Source: Dictyostelium discoideum
Lineage: Eukaryota
Reading direction: 5' to 3'
NCBI GenBank assembly: GCA_000004695.1
Contig: CM000153.2
Location: forward strand, 2,656,001-2,720,000
DNA: 64,000 bases
A program made the position numbers and the translations under genes. The notes beneath the pieces were generated by a model that was not told where the DNA came from, did no database searches, and saw nothing but the letters and a program-made list of their open reading frames with translations. Below are positions 1 through 13,584 of this stretch, one piece after another (positions within the stretch are counted from its first letter, which is position 1; each line of letters starts with the position of its first letter).

Positions 1-59
1 TTTTTTTCTTTGTGATCATACTGAATAAAATTAAGTTTTATTTGGCATTCACAATGGAA

Positions 60-185
60 CTTTCAATTGAAATTTGTTGTGATTGAAAATTTTTTTTTTA
101 AATAATTTTTTTATTTGAAAATTGTATGAATTCACACACAAAAAAAAAAATATCTTTGGACCGGATTTAAAATAATAAACAAAAG

Positions 186-217
<32 letters not shown>

Positions 218-482
218 CTTTTCTTTTTTTTTTTTAATTTTCTTTTTTTTTCTTTATTTTTTTTTTTTATTATTTTATTTCTTTTTTTTTTCTTTCTTTT
301 TTTTTTTTTCTTAGTAAGCCTGGGGCAAATTACAATTTGATTTTTCCCTGTCCTCTAAACCAAAAAAAAAAAAAATTTAAAAATTAATCGAACTGATTTC
401 TCAAAATTGATTGACTTGCACAAAAAAAAATTTGCACAATAATTCACATAATCAATTTGAAGTTTCAAATATTGGGTTTTTG

Positions 483-517
<35 letters not shown>

Positions 518-1260
518 GTCCAATCGCACACGATCATTGAAAAAAAAAAAAAAAGAAAATAAAATTAAATTTTTTAAAAAAAAATATCTTCGAATTTGAA
601 AAGAAAAATCAGCTAGAAAAAAAAAGTATAAAAATGAAAATTTTTTTTTTTTTAATCATTCCAAAACAACAATTTTACTCTGTACTATTACCTCTACAAC
701 TATTTTTTTGTAACATTAAACTTAAATCAATTGTATATTATTTTAAAAAAAATAAATAAATAAAGATGTTAATTGGTAAATATTTATATATAAAATTAAA
801 ATAAAACTATCAACAAAATAAATAAATAAATAAATAATTGCTAACATTTTAATAATCAAAATTAAATTTTAGACGCTTTAACCAAACTCTCATTCGGTGC
901 TGGTAAATCAAGTGCCACCAAGGTTTCCTCCAAATCATCCACTGGTATTTCCTTTGGAAATAACAATGTAACATGGAATGGTCTCCCACCACCACCACCA
1001 CCACCACCATACGTATGTGTTTTCTCTCTATTTTAGAATTTATCTTTAAAATATATTCCATTACTAACCCATTTCCCTCTTTCTTTTTTTTTCTATCTTT
1101 TATTTTAATTCTAATAGCGTGGTGATGCTCCAGAAGAAGAAGAATAATTGTAAAATTATTTAAAAATAAAATACCCGTTATTGGGTCGATGTATTACTTA
1201 ATATATATAGGATTGGATTTGAGAGTATTCAGTTGTGTATTTATTATTATTATTGTAATT
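60..1260. repeat. Tandem segmental duplication, copy 1 (~1.2 kb unit)
   Basis: Seen in sequence: blocks at 60-150, 620-740, 838-1150 and 1150-1260 recur in the same order and orientation at 2405-2490, 2905-3040, 3178-3480 and 3480-3600. One example is '...gctaacattttaataatcaaaattaaattttagacgctttaaccaaactctcattcggtgc...ccaccaccaccaccaccaccatacgtatgtgttttctctctattttagaatttatc' at 838 and again at 3178, with a few substitutions and indels. Confidence 0.8.
766..1147 (+). CDS. Hypothetical 59-aa Pro-rich micro-protein (copy 1); exons 766-775, 873-1012, 1118-1147
   Basis: ATGTTAATTG|gtaaat gives a 10-nt first exon. ttttag|ACGCTTTAACC...CCATAC|gtatgt is exon 2. ctaatag|CGTGGTGATGCTCCAGAAGAAGAAGAATAA is exon 3. 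Spliced product: MLIDALTKLSFGAGKSSATKVSSKSSTGISFGNNNVTWNGLPPPPPPPPYRGDAPEEEE*. All junctions are canonical GT..AG and exon phases are consistent (10, 140, 30 nt). No recognisable family. Confidence 0.35.
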
Positions 1261-1607
1261 GTTTTTTTTTATTTTTTTCGAATGGAGGTGGTGCAACTCG
1301 TTTGTGATTTTTAAAATTTCTTTGAAATTATGGAAAAAATAAATAATAAAATTTCTTATTTGTTTGAATTGTAAATACAAAAAAAAAAATAAAAAAATAA
1401 ACGATTAATTAAATCTGTATAATTTAAAAATAAAAATTTTTTTTAATAAGTTAAAAATTAAGGTGATATTAAAACATTAACAACCTACAACACAGCCAAC
1501 CAAAAGCAAATCCACTCCCATTGGAGGACTATTTGGATAATAAGCAAATACACGATCAATAAAGGAGTTACTGGTAAAATTAGATCAATTGATTCATTTA
1601 GGTGGAT

Positions 1608-1886
1608 ATGTACAAAAATTTACCAACTGTGTCACAAATGGTAATACACATTGAAGGATCAAATTATGTTCAATCGGCTATTCTACCACATTATATACAA
1701 GCTACACATAAAGAAGACTTACTTTTCGATTTAGATTTAAACTATCTTTTCAATCTTGGTATAGTTACATTTGAGAGAGTGCTCGGATTGATTGAAACAT
1801 TGAACCAACAAGAACAGCAACAACAAAATAATATAGCAATAGTAGTACAAAAACAACAGGAAACAACTTTCACAATTTTAAAATAA
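1608..1886 (+). CDS. Hypothetical 92-aa protein inside a non-AT-rich island
   Basis: ATG at 1608 lies inside the listed GTG-started ORF at 1602. Product: MYKNLPTVSQMVIHIEGSNYVQSAILPHYIQATHKEDLLFDLDLNYLFNLGIVTFERVLGLIETLNQQEQQQQNNIAIVVQKQQETTFTILK*. The surrounding 1480-2030 is only ~60% A+T, which is a coding-like composition. No family recognised; it could be one exon of a larger gene. Confidence 0.3.
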   Translation: MYKNLPTVSQMVIHIEGSNYVQSAILPHYIQATHKEDLLFDLDLNYLFNLGIVTFERVLGLIETLNQQEQQQQNNIAIVVQKQQETTFTILK

Positions 1887-2404
1887 ATTAGAGAATCAAA
1901 TACCACCAACACCAAACTCATTGAATAAAATCTACTTCAATTGGTGAGGATGGTAAACCTTTGTACCGATGTAAAGATGTTGGTGGTGATACCTTTATGG
2001 TCCATTCAAAGGAACCATTTTAAATATTTTTTAGAAAAGTAAATCACCAATTTACTTTTTTTTAAAAAAAAAAAATTTAATCCAAAAAAAAAAAAAAAAA
2101 ATAAAATAAAATTGGATTACAATTCACTTTTTTATTAAAATTATCTCATATCTATTTAAAAAAAGAGTAGATATATTATCTATTTTTTTATCTATTTTTT
2201 TTTTTTTTTATGAGGTTACTTTTTTTTTTTATTTTTTTTTTTTGCATCTTCCAAATACAAAAGATATTTTTCAATTAAATAATAATTTTAATTTTTTTTA
2301 AATATCAAATTAAATAAAATTTTATTAAAATGTTTTTCATGATTCACAATTCTTGTGAACTTTCACTGGTGGAAATTTTTTTTTTTAGGCACTAAAAATC
2401 TTTT

Positions 2405-3600
2405 TTTAATTGAAATTTGTTGTGTTGGAATTTTTTTTTTTTTTTTTTTATATTAATTATTTTATTTGAAAATTGGATTGATTTTATTTTTAGCAAAGAT
2501 TAGATCTCGCACACAAAATAAAAATATCTTTGCGCACAATAAATTTAATTTTATTTATTTTATTAAATTTAATCCAATAAACTCACTCCCATTTAATTTA
2601 ACCTATTTTTTTTTTTTCTTTTCTTTTTTTTTTTTCTTTTTCTTTTTTTTTTTATTTTTAGTGAAAATTAGTTGGGCAAAATGATATATTTTGATTTTTC
2701 AATATCCTTCAAAACAAAAAAAAATAATTTAAAAAAAATAAAAATGATTTTAAATAAAAAAAAACTAAAATTATGATATTTCCTCATACAAAATATAGTT
2801 TCATCAATTTGTGTTTTTTTTAAAAAAAAAAAAAATAAAAAAAAACAAATTGTAAATTAATATCTTCAAGGAAAATGATTTAAAGAAAAACAAACACTTA
2901 AAAAAAAAAGTATAAAAATGAAATTTTTTTTTTTTTTTTAATCATTTCAAAACAACAATTTGTACCAATACTACTATTATTTCTATTTGTAAAAATACTT
3001 TCTATCTTTTAATATAATTTTAAATATTATCAACAACCCAAAAAAAAAATAAATAAATAAATAAATATAAAAATAAAAATGTTAATTGGTAAAAATTAAT
3101 TTTTTAAATGAATAAAAATTAAAATTAAAATAAAACAATCAACAAAATAAATAATTAAATAAATAAATAAAATAATTGCTAACATTTTAATAATCAAAAT
3201 TAAATTTTAGACGCTTTAACCAAACTCTCATTCGGTGCCAGTAAATCAAGTGCTACCAAGGTTTCCTCCAAATCATCCACTGGTATTTCCTTTGGAAATA
3301 ACAATGTAACATGGAATGGTCTCCCACCACCACCACCACCACCACCATACGTATGTGTTTTCTCTCTATTTTAGAATTTATCTTTAAATATGTTCCATTA
3401 CTAACCTGTTTTTCATTTTTCTTTTTCTTTTTCTTTTTCTTTTTTAATAGCGTGATGCTCCAGAAGAAGAATAATTGTAAACTATTTAAAAATAAATCAC
3501 TCATCACAGAGCCAATGTATTTCAAAATATATCATTTATTTTAAAAATAAAAATAACCCTTAATTGGGTATTCATTACAAAATATAATATATATATATAT
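2405..3600. repeat. Tandem segmental duplication, copy 2
   Basis: Same evidence as copy 1. The ~1.15-kb spacer (1260-2405) is unique and contains a non-AT-rich island. Confidence 0.8.
3079..3474 (+). CDS. Hypothetical Pro-rich micro-protein (copy 2); exons 3079-3088, 3211-3350, 3451-3474
   Basis: Same three-exon structure (ATGTTAATTG|gtaaaa; ttttag|ACGCTTTAACC...CCATAC|gtatgt; ttaatag|CGTGATGCTCCAGAAGAAGAATAA). The product differs by Gly->Ser, one fewer Pro and a C-terminus of RDAPEEE*. The minus-strand ORFs at 849..1061 and 3253..3525 are the antisense of these exons. Confidence 0.35.
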
Positions 3601-3669
3601 AAATAATTTAATATTTTGATATTAATTTTATTATTGTTTTTTTTTTTTTTTTTTTTTATAAAGAGTTAA

Positions 3670-7221
<3,552 letters not shown>

Positions 7222-7611
7222 GGTTTTAATTTTTAAATTTTTTTTATTTTATTTTATTTTATATTTTATTTTTTAATTTTTATTTATTATTATTATTTGT
7301 TTTTTTATTTTTTTTATTATTATTATTTGTTTTTTTAATAAATAAATATATATATGTTTATATGTTTATATGTTTAAAAAAATTATTAATAAAAAAAAAA
7401 AATTATAAAATACATTTACACAAATAAATTTTTTTTTTTTTTTTTTTTTTTTATCTATTTTTTATTTTAAAAATTTTTTTTTTTTATTTTTTATTTTAAA
7501 AATTTTTTTTTTAATTTTAAATTTTGTTGTCCAAAAGTGTATGACACTTGTCCCACCCTTTTTTTTAATATTTTCCAAAAATAATTAAAATTTCAACAAC
7601 TTTTTTATTTT

Positions 7612-7642
<31 letters not shown>

Positions 7643-7857
7643 TTTTTTTTTTATCTGTTTACAAATTTCTTTATAACCCCTTTTTTTTTTTTTTTTTTTT
7701 TTTTTTACAATTTTTTAAATGTAATTTTTTTTTTTTTTTTTTTTACTTTCACTATCTATTTTAAAAACATTATACAAAATATTCATTTTTATAACTTTAT
7801 TTCTATTTTCGTAATTATCGTTTTAAAAAATCCCCCCAAAATTTCGAAACATAAATA

Positions 7858-7898
<41 letters not shown>

Positions 7899-8010
7899 AT
7901 TTTTTAGAAAAATGAAAACACTTTTCTAAATAAAAAAAATGGTTTTAAAAAATTTTTAGGTTTTTTTTTTTTTTATTTTATTAAATTTATTCACATAGTG
8001 TATTAAAACT

Positions 8011-9078
8011 ATGAAATTATTTATTTTATTAATATTATTAATAGGTGTATTATTATTTAATGGGATCAATGGTGATGAATATGTAAATTTCATACCCTAT
8101 TCAAATGATGAATGTGTAGGTGATGAAATTGGTATTGGATATTCAAGTTTATTATCAAAATGTTTACCTTCTATTGATTCTCAACAAAATTATTTATTTA
8201 CATTGAAACCAAAAAATGTAATAGAATGGAAAGTTTTCAAATATTCAAATAAAAATCACCACAATAACGATAGTTGCAATCTAAATAAAACTACCATTTT
8301 ACAACCATCATTTACAACTAAAATCGGATCATGTATTTCAAGTGAATATATTAATTTAGATTCAAAGATTTCATTATCTTCACCAACCCACTACAAAATA
8401 TCAATTACAAAGAATTCACCATATATTAGCGCAAAATCAATTGTTAATAGTTTTACATTTGATAAAAAATGTTCTTCTTCTTCAAATAATAATAATGATG
8501 ATGATGTTTTATTAATTCAATATTTTACAAATGATTTAAATGTTAAATTAAACAATAAAAATAAGATTTCATATCATTGTATAAACGATAAAGCATTTAC
8601 CAAAAATCAATTTGAATTTGTTGAACCAATAACTAAAGAATGTGTGCAATTTGGAAATGGTAATGCTAATGCTATTTCAAGTTTAATTAAAAATAAATTT
8701 GTGGATTTAAAATTTGGATTTGGAAGTGGAAGTGGGAGTGGAAGTGGAAGTAGTGGTGGTGAAGATTCAAGTAGTACTACTGGTAATACTGGTGATTCAA
8801 GTACTGGAAATACTGGTGAATCATCAATATCATCAAGTACAGGTGGTAATAGTGATACTTCAGGTGGTAATAGTGGTTTTTCAAGTGATACCTCAGGTGG
8901 TAATAGTGGTTTTTCAAGTACAACCGAGGTTACAACTGCTACCTCTGCAACTACTGGTGGCGCAACAAGTGGTGATGATAATGATGGAACTGGTGCAACC
9001 AATTTCATTGATTATAAACTTCCAAATCCATCACCTACCCATCACAAAATTTTTAAAAAAACATATTGTTCCAAATAA
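8011..9078 (+). CDS. Secreted Ser/Gly/Thr-rich (mucin-like) protein with an N-terminal signal peptide
   Basis: MKLFILLILLIGVLLFNGINGDEY... is a hydrophobic signal peptide. The C-terminal third is low-complexity GSGSGSGSSGG...TGNTGDSSTGNTGESS...GGNSGFSSDTSGGNSGFSSTT. Single exon. Confidence 0.6.
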   Translation: MKLFILLILLIGVLLFNGINGDEYVNFIPYSNDECVGDEIGIGYSSLLSKCLPSIDSQQNYLFTLKPKNVIEWKVFKYSNKNHHNNDSCNLNKTTILQPSFTTKIGSCISSEYINLDSKISLSSPTHYKISITKNSPYISAKSIVNSFTFDKKCSSSSNNNNDDDVLLIQYFTNDLNVKLNNKNKISYHCINDKAFTKNQFEFVEPITKECVQFGNGNANAISSLIKNKFVDLKFGFGSGSGSGSGSSGGEDSSSTTGNTGDSSTGNTGESSISSSTGGNSDTSGGNSGFSSDTSGGNSGFSSTTEVTTATSATTGGATSGDDNDGTGATNFIDYKLPNPSPTHHKIFKKTYCSK

Positions 9079-9359
9079 AAAAATTAAAAAAATAAAATAA
9101 AAATAAAAATAAAATAAAAATAATTCCAATCATTATTATTATTATTTAAATAATTTTATAAAATAAAATAAAAATTATATATTTTTAAACTTTTCATTTA
9201 TTTATTTATTTATTTTTTATTTTTTTTATTTTTATTTTGAGAACAAACACACACAAAAATTTGTCATTTACAAAAAAAAAAAAAAAATTAAAAAATAAAA
9301 AAATTGTTTTTTTTTTTTTTCATATTTTTTGTGAAAATTAAGTATAATTAAAATTTAAA

Positions 9360-9576
9360 ATGAATAGAGGATTTAATAAATTTATGAATATCAATAGAAT
9401 AAATTTAAATTCAATTCTTAATTCAAAAAATTTTCAAAATCAAAAACTAATCTTTACAAAATTAAATAAACAAATTAAAAATGGTATTAACATTACATCA
9501 TTCCCTCAAATAAGAGAGTTTGCATCATCGTCATCATCATCGTCATCTCCTTCTTTTTCATTATCATCATTACTAC

Positions 9577-9658
<82 letters not shown>

Positions 9659-10157
9659 GAGAAATTATTACAAAAACAATAGAAATACCAATACTGAAAG
9701 TTTAGAAAATTGTTCATTGGGATTTAAAACTGGAGAATGGGATCAAGAAAAAAAAGATAAATATTATAAATCGGCAAAGAAATCATCATCTGTAATTTAT
9801 GCTATAATTGGTATCAATGTTGCTATTTGGAGTAAGTTAAAATAATCAATTTGTTTTAATATACCATTGAAAAAAAAAAAAAAAAAAAAAAAATTAATAT
9901 GGTTATTTATTTTTATTTTTTTTTTGTTACTAATTGAATAACAAATCAAATTAATTATTTGATTTTTATTTTTTCTAAAAATTTTAAATTAGTGTTTCTT
10001 AATAGTGATGATTCATATAGTTTTCAAAGAATGATTGGAAAGAATTTCATGTTGAGTCTTGATAATTTCAAAAGTCAACCAATAACTCTTTTGACAAGTA
10101 TGTTTGCTCACACTGATGGTTTTCATTTATTAGTAAGTATTATTATTATTATTATTG

Positions 10158-10203
<46 letters not shown>

Positions 10204-10735
10204 TACTAACTTTACCAACTCTATTATTTAAATTAGTTTAATGTAAATATTATTAGTTATTTATTTATTATTATTTATTATTTATTATTATTATTATTTT
10301 GAAATTAATTTTTTTTATTAGATGTTTGCATTATATTCATTAGGTCCAAATGTTTTATATTCGTTAGGTAGTTCAGCATTTTTTGGAATGTATATGGGTG
10401 CAGGTATTTTATCAGGTGTTGGATTTTTAGCAGTTCAAAAGTTTTATAATAGTAAAAATTATTACGATCAAAAGCGTTTACAAAATACTCGTGCCTTAGG
10501 AGCATCAGGAGCAATTAGTGGGGTTTTAATGCTGTTCGCTTGTTTATATCCAAGAATGACCCTCAATATTTATGGTATCATTCCAGTTCCAGCTGCACTT
10601 TTGGTATCTGCCTATTTCGCATACGATTTATATAATGAAGTTTTCAGAAAACAAACTGGTGTTTGTCATGTTGGTCATCTTTGTGGTGGTCTTTATGGTC
10701 TTGGTTATTATTTAGCAAATAGAAGAAGATTTTAA
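9360..10735 (+). CDS. Rhomboid-family intramembrane serine protease, PARL/Pcp1-like (mitochondrial); exons 9360-9831, 9993-10132, 10322-10735
   Basis: Exon 1 ends ATT TGG A|gtaagt. Exon 2 (aaattag|TGTTTC...CATTTATTA|gtaagt) encodes LLTSMFAHTDGFHLL, the rhomboid TM2 motif. Exon 3 (tttattag|ATGTTTGCA) encodes the catalytic GASGAISGV (GxSG serine) and VGHLCGGLYG (catalytic His). The N-terminus is basic and Ser-rich with an S17-S30 tract, consistent with a presequence. The product is about 341 aa. Confidence 0.8.
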
Positions 10736-10785
10736 AAATAAAATAAAAATAAAATAAAATAAATAAATAAAAAAAGTCAAATAAC

Positions 10786-10825
<40 letters not shown>

Positions 10826-10992
10826 TTCTTATTCTTGGTTCATAAAATAAAAATGAAATTCCTTTTGATTTTTTTCTTTTTTGATTTTTTATAAATATAC
10901 ATGTATACACACCAAATGGATATTTTATTCTATTTTATTTTATTTTATAGTCTAATGTATTATTTCTAATGTAATTATTATTATTATTGTCA

Positions 10993-11577
10993 TTATATTT
11001 TTGGAGAAGATGGTGAAGTTGGTGATGAAATTGAAGAGGATGATGACTCTGGTATTGATAATGATACATCTAAAAATTGATAATTGAAAAATAAATCATC
11101 TAAAGTTATTAAATCATCAGCAGATTTCTTATTTGAAAATACTGTTCCAATTGGTTTCGATACATATATACCCCTTGAATCTGGATAAATAAATGCAAAT
11201 TCAAATTTTGATTCTTTATGTCTTGCTAATTTATATGTTTCTTTAATTAAAATTGTAATTTCTTTTAATGTTGCATTTCTCCTAAATTAAATAAATAAAT
11301 TAATTAATAAATAAATTAAAAATTAAAAAATATAAAAAATATGAAATTACCATGTATAGATTTGAATTTCATCTTTTTCTGGTACATTTCTTGAAGAAAA
11401 TTCACTAGGACTATGAAATGAACCTTCTTTAATAAAAACTCTTAATAAGAATGGGCAGATCTTTTCCCTATTTAGTGTTGCTATTCCTAAATTACTTCCA
11501 TTGCCTGTTGAATTAATATTATTATTATTATTATTATAATGATAATTATGATGAGAGAAACCTCCCTTATTGGTCAT
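10993..11577 (-). CDS. sap18: SAP18 (Sin3-associated polypeptide p18) homologue; exons 11577-11351, 11281-10993
   Basis: Exon 1 encodes ...REKICPFLLRVFIKEGSFHSPSEFSSRNVPEKDEIQIYTW (compare human SAP18 REKTCPLLLRVF...EFSRGNVP..ELQIYTW). The donor is CATG|gtaatt. The acceptor ttaatttag|GAGAAATGC continues RNATLKEITILIKETYKLARHKESKFEFAFIYPDSRGIYVSKPIGTVF..., matching the SAP18 core. Confidence 0.85.
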
Positions 11578-11884
11578 TGGGAATATAATTTAAATAATTT
11601 TATGAAAAATAAAATTCAAAAAAAAAAAAAAAAAAAATTTATTCGAGAACGAATTGTTACTTATTTACTTGTTTATTTTTCATTATTATTTTTTTTTTTT
11701 ATTTTTATTTTTTTTTTTTTTTCATTTTTTATTTTCATTTTTTTTTTTTTTTCATTTTTTTTTTTTTTTTATCTTTTTTGAATTAATTTTTTTTTTTCAT
11801 CTTTTTGAATTAATTTTTTTTTTATTTTTATTTTTAATTTATTCAAGTTCAATTTTTTAAAAATATATATATATCCATATAAAG

Positions 11885-12401
11885 ATGTTAAAAAGTTTAA
11901 ATTTTATAAATAGAGTAACAGTATCTTCATTATCAAAAACTCGTAACTTCACATCACAAGTTAATAAAGAAACATGGGATAAATATGTTGCAAGCAATAA
12001 AAAACCAGTTGTTGTTGATTTCTTTGCTACGTATGTTTTTCTTTTTTAATTTTATTTTTGCCTATTTCTCTTATTCTTTTTAATTTTGTGTATAGATAAA
12101 AAAAAAAAATTTAAAAAAATAAAAACTAACCTAAACATTTTATTTTTATAGATGGTGTCCACCTTGTAAACAACTTGAACCAGTATTAGTAAAAGCAGTA
12201 GAAGATTATGGAAAATGTGATTTATATAAATATGACATATCTGAAGAAGAAGGATTTCACGAAAAATTTGGAATTCAATCAATTCCACATGTTATTGGTT
12301 TTCATAATAACAAAATAGTTTTCGAATTCAAAGGTGCCATTCCAGCATCCCAAGTTAAAAAACATTTGGAAAAATTTGATGAACATTTAGGCGAAAAATA
12401 A
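11885..12401 (+). CDS. Thioredoxin (WCPPCK active site) with an N-terminal presequence-like extension; exons 11885-12030, 12152-12401
   Basis: MLKSLNFINRVTVSSLSKTRNFTSQVNKETWDKYVASNKKPVVVDFFAT | WCPPCKQLEPVLVKAVEDYGKCDLYKYDISEEEGFHEKFGIQSIPHVIGFHNNKIVFEFKGAIPASQVKKHLEKFDEHLGEK*. The intron is GCTAC|gtatgt...tttttatag|ATGGTG. Confidence 0.85.
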
Positions 12402-12955
12402 AAAACAAATAAAAAAAAAAAAAATATATTAAATAAATAATTAAAAAAAAAAAAAAAAAAAATTTGGATAATTCCTTTTTATCATTTTTTTTTTTTAATT
12501 TATATTTATATTTATTTTTAAAAAATAATACTAATAATATTAATTAAAATTAACAGTTTTTGGTGGTTAATTTTTTAAAAAACAGATTTAAAAAAAAAAA
12601 AAAACCACAAAAAAAATAAAAAAAAAATCTAATTGTTTAAAGATTAAATATAAAATTAATTATTTTATTTTATTTTTTTTATCCACCCCATCTATTTAAT
12701 TTTATCCACCAAATGTACTTTAAATGCACTAGTTATTCTAAAGTAGTTTTTTTTAATTATTTAAAAAAAAAAAAAATATATTAAATAAATTTTAAAAAGA
12801 AAAAAATAAAAAAATAAAAAAATAAATATAAAAAAACAAAAAAAATTATTTAATTCAATAAAAAAAAATTTAAAAAAATTTATTAAAGGTTATAAACAAA
12901 TCATTCCTTCTTGACTTAAATAAATAATCAGTTACTCAATTATAAAAATTTTAAA

Positions 12956-13455
12956 ATGATTAGAAATATAAGTAAAAGTATTGTAAATTTAAATTCTCAA
13001 AAAATTGCAACAAATACTTCATTTAAAGAACTTGTACTTGAATCAAAAAAGCCTGTTATTGTAGATATTAGGCCATGGTAAATTTTAAAATAAAATAAAA
13101 TTAAAAAATAGAAAATAATAAAATGTTTATTGATTTTTAAATTTTTCTTAACATTTTTTTTTATTATTTTTTTTTTTTCTTTATTTATATATATAGTTAT
13201 TATACACCAACAAAGTTTTTAAATAAAGAATTATTTGAAGCAATTAAAGAAAAAAATGATACATTTGAATTAGTAACAATTGATTTCGATGAAGAATATG
13301 AATTGGCAAAGCTTTTAAAAATTCAAAGTTTTCCAACTATAATTGGTTTTTCAAATGGTAATTTCTTAAAAAAACATACTGGTCCATTCCGTAGTAAAAG
13401 CCATATCCTTGAATTTTTAAATCACATTGAAACTGAACATAAAAAAAAATATTAA
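12956..13455 (+). CDS. Thioredoxin-fold protein with a degenerate active site (CYYT instead of CxxC); exons 12956-13077, 13197-13455
   Basis: MIRNISKSIVNLNSQKIATNTSFKELVLESKKPVIVDIRP | CYYTPTKFLNKELFEAIKEKNDTFELVTIDFDEEYELAKLLKIQSFPTIIGFSNGNFLKKHTGPFRSKSHILEFLNHIETEHKKKY*. It has the same architecture and intron position as the thioredoxin 1 kb upstream, but the resolving Cys is absent. Confidence 0.65.
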
Positions 13456-13584
13456 TGTAAAACTCTAAAAAAAAAAAAAAAAAAAAAAAAAAAGCTTAAT
13501 TAAATAAAAAAAAAAAAACTAATAATAAAATGTATAATATATTTTTTAAAAATTCATTTTTATTTTATTTATTTATTATTTTAT

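Noticed and set aside
355-537. ORF 355..537(-), [18 protein letters not shown]...
   Set aside because: It is translation of poly-A/T intergenic sequence, with no coding-like composition.
8607-9100. Overlapping ORFs 8607..9008(-) and 8714..9100(+) inside the secreted-protein gene
   Set aside because: They are alternative-frame and antisense read-throughs of the GSGS/TGNTG low-complexity coding repeat. The frame with the signal peptide (8011..9078) is the only one with a credible start and composition.
9493-9717. ORFs encoding poly-Met (9493..9717 -) and poly-His (9520..9705 +)
   Set aside because: They are other frames and strands of the (TCA)n tract that encodes the poly-Ser run in the rhomboid N-terminus. 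They are artefacts of the trinucleotide repeat.
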